Source: Eledone cirrhosa
Lineage: Eukaryota
Assembly: GCA_964016885.1 (NCBI GenBank)
Contig: OZ024750.1
Coordinates: 30,628,001-30,692,000, forward strand
Reading direction: 5' to 3'
Length of the DNA stretch: 64,000 nt
Positions 54,864-64,000 of the stretch are shown here, in pieces. Both the position numbers and the translations under genes were made by a program. The stretch's first letter is position 1; each line of letters opens with the position of its first letter. Below the pieces are notes generated by a model. That model ran no database searches, was not told the origin of the DNA, and was given only the letters and a program-made list of their open reading frames with translations.

Positions 54864-54901
54864 CATATATATGTACATATATATATATATATACATATAT
54901 A

Positions 54902-54941
<40 letters not shown>

Positions 54942-54943
54942 TA

Positions 54944-55271
<328 letters not shown>

Positions 55272-55294
55272 TATACATATATATATATATATAC

Positions 55295-55335
<41 letters not shown>

Positions 55336-55386
55336 TATACATATATATATATATATACATATATATACATATATATATATATATAC

Positions 55387-55469
<83 letters not shown>

Positions 55470-55492
55470 TATACATATATATATATATATAC

Positions 55493-55567
<75 letters not shown>

Positions 55568-55610
55568 CATATATATATACATATATATATATATACATAT
55601 ATATATATAC

Positions 55611-55659
<49 letters not shown>

Positions 55660-55688
55660 CATATATATATATACATATATATATATAC

Positions 55689-55773
<85 letters not shown>

Positions 55774-55830
55774 CATATATATATATACATATATATATAT
55801 ACATATATATATATACATATATATATATAC

Positions 55831-55875
<45 letters not shown>

Positions 55876-55926
55876 CATATATATATATACATATATATAT
55901 ACATATATATATATACATATATATAC

Positions 55927-55993
<67 letters not shown>

Positions 55994-56565
55994 CATATTT
56001 TGTCGATTCTATTGAGTGATGAATAGCTCCTGTTTTATTTTAACATGTCTATTGAGCACTTTTATTCGATATGTGTATTTCCACATTTCCTCGAATAGTT
56101 TTCGCGGATGTAGAGGTTATCTCCCTTGCCGGATTCCATGTGCGTATTTTGCTTGTTGTTAGCCTCTTATCCGCTAGGACGAAGCTCGTTGAAGAAGTAA
56201 ACTTCCAGTCCGCTTACTCTAGAAGTCTTATATATTTATATGTGAGCTGATAGAGTACAGTCTAAGGATTTACAGAAACCCAAGAAGCTAGATTTAACAC
56301 CTTTCTAGTGGGTCCGGGTATGATTTTACATTCATTTAAATTATTGATGTATTGATTTATTGATATTTTTTATCTGATTGTCCCGAATCTTCTATTATCG
56401 ATTTTTTATCGTATGGTTGATTTTAGACTTGTTCTATGTGTGACGGTATTTTAACGATAGTTATAGCTCTGATTCATCTGAATTATTGAGCCCTCTGCCG
56501 CTCATTTCGAATTTTGTTTATCGTGAACTCGTGCGCCGATTTTTCGATACTCGATCATTCTAATA

Positions 56566-56599
<34 letters not shown>

Positions 56600-56614
56600 C
56601 ATATATATATATAC

Positions 56615-56769
<155 letters not shown>

Positions 56770-56770
56770 C

Positions 56771-56855
<85 letters not shown>

Positions 56856-56889
56856 CATATATATATATACATATATATATATACATACA

Positions 56890-56923
<34 letters not shown>

Positions 56924-56968
56924 CATATATATATATACATATATATATATACATATATATATATTTAC

Positions 56969-57015
<47 letters not shown>

Positions 57016-57030
57016 CATATATATATATAC

Positions 57031-57245
<215 letters not shown>

Positions 57246-57294
57246 CATATATATATATATACATATATACATATATATATATATACATTATATA

Positions 57295-57429
<135 letters not shown>

Positions 57430-57436
57430 ATACATA

Positions 57437-57538
<102 letters not shown>

Positions 57539-57701
57539 CATATATTGTTATACTTTGGGAGGGGTCATGTTGCCAATAAGAAACACACGCACCAGTTGCT
57601 TTCACTTCAATTTAATTTATTAAATATTTATAAATTTACAAATTTATAAATTTCTGGTTGGTTGGTTGGTTCCACAACCAGATAGTTGTTTATATATATA
57701 T

Positions 57702-57746
57702 AGTCATAGTTCTTTCGTCACACACTCTGTGACCTCTTCAGTGACT
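57702..57746 (-). ncRNA. Hammerhead ribozyme, family A
   Basis: Same sequence as 45252-45296. Confidence 0.8.
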
Positions 57747-59170
57747 GGGGATTTCTTTCTTCGTTTCTGTGCCTTTCCTTTCTTCTATCCTACGCCATTT
57801 TGTTTGTGTGTGGGTTGTGTGCTCAGTTTGCGCATGCGCCACATCCGGGTGTCTGTGTGTGTTTGTGTTCATTTTTCTATTTATATTTTTTTTATTTGTT
57901 TGTTTATTTATTTATTTATTGTTGGTTGGTTGTTTGTTCTATGTGTGTGTGTGTTTTCATTTTGTGTGTGTTTTCAATTGTAAGTTGTTTGTTTGATGTG
58001 TGTGTGTGTTTTCATTTTGTCCTTAATTGTAAGTTGTGATGTTGCTGTTCCACTCATATTTTCTATTTAATTTTGGTTTTAATTCTTTTATGCTTACTGC
58101 CTCTGTAATTTGCCTAAACATTGCGTCTTTCTTGTGTGTGGATTCTATTTTTATTTCTATGCTCTCTAATTTACCCCTGTGTTCTATCTTAGCATGTTGG
58201 TAGAGCACAGATGATTCTTTATTATCTTGGAGGTCTCGCCAGTGTTCATTTATTCGTTCCCCTATACTACGAGCTGTCTCACCTATGTACACTACATTTT
58301 TGTTTCTACATTGTCCTTCAGTACATCTTATGCTATATACTACATTTCTAGTTTTACAGTTAATATGGGGGCTTATTTTACAGGTTATACATTTCTTATC
58401 TATACATGAGGGTCTTTGGAACGGGTATGTCTTGCTAATAAGTGTTTTTACGGAGGTACCAGGTCTTTCTACTATCTTAATATTGAGATTATGTTTCTTT
58501 AGGGCCCTTCTAAATTTGTAGGCTAGTTCGCCTCTAGGGGTTGTATTGATGAACATTACACTCTGGTATTTATTGCTATCATACCATGAGTTTATTCTAT
58601 TGGCCTTGTTCTTAGTTTTTTCTATTCTATTCCAAAATTTGCTCCTATACAAGGGGCAGGTCCCATTTATGTCATTATTTACCATTTTTTCCCATTTGGT
58701 TCTGGCTCCTTTATACACTCTAATTCTATCTCTCTGATTGTAGCCAGAGAACTGCATACGAAATAAAAATAGAATCCACACACAAGAAAGACGCAATGTT
58801 TAGGCAAATTACAGAGGCAGTAAGCATAAAAGAATTAAAACCAAAATTAAATAGAAAATATGAGTGGAACAGCAACATCACAACTTACAATTAAGGACAA
58901 AATGAAAACACACACACACATCAAACAAACAACTTACAATTGAAAACACACACAAAATGAAAACACACACACACATAGAACAAACAACCAACCAACAATA
59001 AATAAATAAATAAACAAACAAATAAAAAAAATATAAATAGAAAAATGAACACAAACACACACAGACACCCGGATGTGGCGCATGCGCAAACTGAGCACGC
59101 AACCCACACACAAACAAAATGGCGTAGGATAGAAGAAAGGAAAGGCACAGAAACGAAGAAAGAAATCCCC

Positions 59171-59215
59171 AGTCACTGAAGAGGTCACAGAGTGTGTGAC
59201 GAAAGAACTATGACT
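59171..59215 (+). ncRNA. Hammerhead ribozyme, family A
   Basis: Same sequence as 46743-46787. Confidence 0.8.
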
Positions 59216-59452
59216 ATATATATATAAACAACTATCTGGTTGTGGAACCAACCAACCAACCAGAAATTTATAAATTTGTAAATTTATAAATATTTAATAA
59301 ATTAAATTGAAGTGAAAGCAACTGGTGCGTGTGTTTCTTATTGGCAACATGACCCTCCCAAAGTATAACAATATCGGTTTCAACACACGATTTCAGATAA
59401 AGAATCTTGCTAAACAAATTCAGAAACGAAATATATACATATATATATATAC

Positions 59453-59531
<79 letters not shown>

Positions 59532-59549
59532 AATACATATATATATATA

Positions 59550-59670
<121 letters not shown>

Positions 59671-59707
59671 TACATATATATACATATATATATATATACA
59701 TATATAC

Positions 59708-59942
<235 letters not shown>

Positions 59943-59943
59943 C

Positions 59944-60012
<69 letters not shown>

Positions 60013-60021
60013 CATATATAC

Positions 60022-60068
<47 letters not shown>

Positions 60069-60113
60069 TATATACATATATACATATCTATATACATATA
60101 TACATATATATAC

Positions 60114-60144
<31 letters not shown>

Positions 60145-60187
60145 CATATGTATATATATACATATACATATATATATATATATATAC

Positions 60188-60338
<151 letters not shown>

Positions 60339-60383
60339 CATATATATATACATATATACATATATATATACATATATATATAT

Positions 60384-60636
<253 letters not shown>

Positions 60637-60738
60637 ATATACATATATATATATATACATATACATATATATATATACATATATATACATACATATATAT
60701 ATATATACATATACATATATATATATACATATATATAC

Positions 60739-60839
<101 letters not shown>

Positions 60840-60841
60840 CA

Positions 60842-61055
<214 letters not shown>

Positions 61056-61076
61056 TATATACATATATATATATAC

Positions 61077-61109
<33 letters not shown>

Positions 61110-61149
61110 CATATATATACATATATATATATATATACATATATATACA

Positions 61150-61183
<34 letters not shown>

Positions 61184-61194
61184 CATATATATAC

Positions 61195-61225
<31 letters not shown>

Positions 61226-61241
61226 CATATATATATATACA

Positions 61242-61320
<79 letters not shown>

Positions 61321-61345
61321 CATATATATATACATATATATATAC

Positions 61346-61396
<51 letters not shown>

Positions 61397-61402
61397 TATA
61401 TG

Positions 61403-61437
<35 letters not shown>

Positions 61438-61462
61438 GTATATATATATGTATATATATATG

Positions 61463-61513
<51 letters not shown>

Positions 61514-61540
61514 GTATATATATATATGTATATATATATG

Positions 61541-61575
<35 letters not shown>

Positions 61576-61602
61576 GTATATATATATATGTATATATATA
61601 TG

Positions 61603-61699
<97 letters not shown>

Positions 61700-61814
61700 G
61701 TATATATATGTATATATATATATGTATATATATATATGTATATATATGTATATATATATATGTATATATATATATGTATATATATGTATATATATATATA
61801 TATATGTATATATA

Positions 61815-61846
<32 letters not shown>

Positions 61847-61898
61847 GATAAATCTACCAAGAGTTTACGGTAGTGTCCAATCCGTATGAAGAACTCAA

Positions 61899-62098
61899 NN
61901 NNNNNNNNNNNNNNNNNNNNNNNNNNNNNNNNNNNNNNNNNNNNNNNNNNNNNNNNNNNNNNNNNNNNNNNNNNNNNNNNNNNNNNNNNNNNNNNNNNNN
62001 NNNNNNNNNNNNNNNNNNNNNNNNNNNNNNNNNNNNNNNNNNNNNNNNNNNNNNNNNNNNNNNNNNNNNNNNNNNNNNNNNNNNNNNNNNNNNNNNNN
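61899..62098. other. Assembly gap, 200 N
   Basis: Run of N. Confidence 0.99.
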
Positions 62099-62574
62099 AC
62101 AAAACAAAACCACAAGACAAAACCAAACAAACAAAAATTGACCGGTTAATACATTTTCATACATCTATATTATTATATATTTGAAAATTGACCGGTTAAT
62201 ACATTTTTCATACATCTATATTATTATATATTTGAAACCACGTGTTTTCGAACTTGTGAGTACATTTTCCTTTAACTACAAATTATTATTATATACTTTC
62301 GTCTTTTCATTAACTTAATTAATTTCAAATAACCAGAATATACATATATATATATATATATACTCATATTTATATATATACGCTTCTCACTCACACACAA
62401 GAAAAACAAAAAACAAAAATAAATCAAAAATAAATTTAAAAAAATATATATATATATTGAAATACTTAACTAAAACACACACACACGAACTTGTGAGTAC
62501 ATTTTCCTTTAACTACAAATTATTATTATATACTTTCGTCTTTTCATTAACTTAATTAATTTCAAATAACCAGA

Positions 62575-62614
<40 letters not shown>

Positions 62615-64000
62615 CTCATATTTATATATATACGCTTCTCACTCACACACAAGAAAAACAAAAAACAAAAAAAAATAAATCAAAAATAAATTAAAAAAAA
62701 AAAAAATATATATATATATTGAAATACTTAACTAAAACACACACACACTCAAAACTAGAATGGCTAACCAGCAAAAATCCAAACAGAACTGGTCTGATAA
62801 TGAAATCGACATTCTAATAAACACATGGCATTGCCTTTCCCAAACAGAAAATATAGATGCTTCATCTCTGAACGACATTGCTAAACGTACAGTTCAATTT
62901 TTGAAAACTCGATCTGAACAACAGATTCAAAATAAATTAAAGCAAATCGAAATTGCTTTTAAATTAATCAATAAACATTTGGATAAACTACGGTGTGTTT
63001 TCTCTTCGAATGCTGTCCAGCAGCAGCAACAACAACAACAGCAGCTACAACAGCAACAACAACAACAGCAACAACAACAACAACAGCTACAACAACAACA
63101 ACAACAGCAACAACAACAACAACAACGACAACAACAGTGTGAACCACTCCTTGATTCATCAACAATGGCCGATCTACTAAATGAAACTATTGACCCCCCA
63201 GTGGCCTCTGTCTCACAGCATGAAACGCCACATCCTTTCTCTGGCCCAGCAGTCCAATCATCACCACTGCCAACATCTCTGCCTACTACTACTACTACTA
63301 CTACAACATTTTTGTCTACTGCTATGTCAAGGAATTTACCTTCTAATACCAGAACAAGAACTCTCCCTCCCACAGTCCACAAAGGTCGTCAAATCCTACC
63401 CAAACCATCATCTACACCTCTCACAACACCCACACCCACATACCCACCCACTCGAAACCCCATCATTTGCCGCTACTCTCTACGCTATAGAATATGTACG
63501 GATAGTGGCTGCAAATTCACCCATTTACCTAGGACAAAACGATCTATCCCCACAAACAGCCACCACCATAATACATACTCTATTTTAACACCAACACAAC
63601 CACCAATAACTCAAACAAGGAATCCACAAATCTGCCGTTTTTCCCTGCGAGACAGATTGTGTTTAGACCGGGATTGTCCCTTTACCCATCTCCCGGGACC
63701 CGTCGGATAAATGAAAATAAAATTAAAAATAAAAGCAAAAACAAAAACCATAACCTACATAAAAATAACCACTACCACAGTCACCAACAGTCTTCTAAAC
63801 AGGAAACTTCTTCCTCTTTTTTAGCCATAATGAATCTGGCAAAAGAACTGGAAAAAAACATTCGAGCTATCACCCAGCACCACCCTCCACTATCACCCCA
63901 CTGCACAAACTCCCATTGCTGCCATTAACAAACAAACAAATTAACAACACACCAAAACAATTAAAACCATCCACTCTCGCCTCTACATTTTTGCTTAACG
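62099..64000 (+). mobile_element. 5' part of a non-LTR retrotransposon (CR1/L2-type organisation), truncated by window end
   Basis: Duplicated 5' region, CCCH ORF1, then an open frame ending ...ASTFLLN at the window edge, resembling the first motif of an AP-endonuclease ORF2. Confidence 0.55.
62760..63710 (+). CDS. Probable LINE ORF1: Myb/SANT-like N-terminus, polyQ, Pro/Thr-rich linker, two CCCH zinc fingers
   Basis: WSDNEIDILINTW...RSEQQIQNKLKQI; CRYSLRYRICTDSGCKFTH and CRFSLRDRLCLDRDCPFTH (C-x8-C-x4-C-x3-H); intronless; likely continues in the -1 frame to 63928. Confidence 0.7.
   Translation: MANQQKSKQNWSDNEIDILINTWHCLSQTENIDASSLNDIAKRTVQFLKTRSEQQIQNKLKQIEIAFKLINKHLDKLRCVFSSNAVQQQQQQQQQLQQQQQQQQQQQQQLQQQQQQQQQQQQRQQQCEPLLDSSTMADLLNETIDPPVASVSQHETPHPFSGPAVQSSPLPTSLPTTTTTTTTFLSTAMSRNLPSNTRTRTLPPTVHKGRQILPKPSSTPLTTPTPTYPPTRNPIICRYSLRYRICTDSGCKFTHLPRTKRSIPTNSHHHNTYSILTPTQPPITQTRNPQICRFSLRDRLCLDRDCPFTHLPGPVG

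Larger units (their letters stand above)
57542..59429. mobile_element. Penelope-like element family A, copy 2: long minus arm (57542-58760, RT-thumb/linker plus GIY-YIG) and short inverted plus arm (58760-59374) with the same 55-nt tail
   Basis: ORF 58023-58796 (element-derived from RMQFSGY onward); same outer ends as copy 1; (TA)n flanks. Confidence 0.93.

Overview
Eukaryotic, AT-rich, repeat-dense genomic DNA, most likely an octopod cephalopod (inferred from the tRNA-SINE types and the microsatellite load, not proven). The left 38 kb hold the first 13 coding exons (573 codons, phases consistent throughout) of a minus-strand secreted VWF/gel-mucin/SCO-spondin-like gene: signal peptide-EMI-EGF-TB-like-VWD-C8-TIL-E-VWD, continuing off the left edge. 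Its introns are filled with SINEs, MITEs, Helitrons, RTE and CRE LINE fragments and minisatellites. The region from 44 to 62 kb is a (TA)n/(TACA)n field with three palindromic Penelope-like (GIY-YIG) insertions from two families. Each has inverted arms, a type I hammerhead ribozyme in both arms and a one-sided 55-67 nt tail. Four more unrelated hammerhead or half-hammerhead motifs with the same architecture occur at 15-41 kb. After a 200-N gap the window ends in the 5' part of a LINE whose ORF1 has Myb/SANT-like, polyQ and two CCCH zinc-finger segments. Nearly all long ORFs in the supplied track are microsatellite artefacts. All calls were made by eye; no searches were run.
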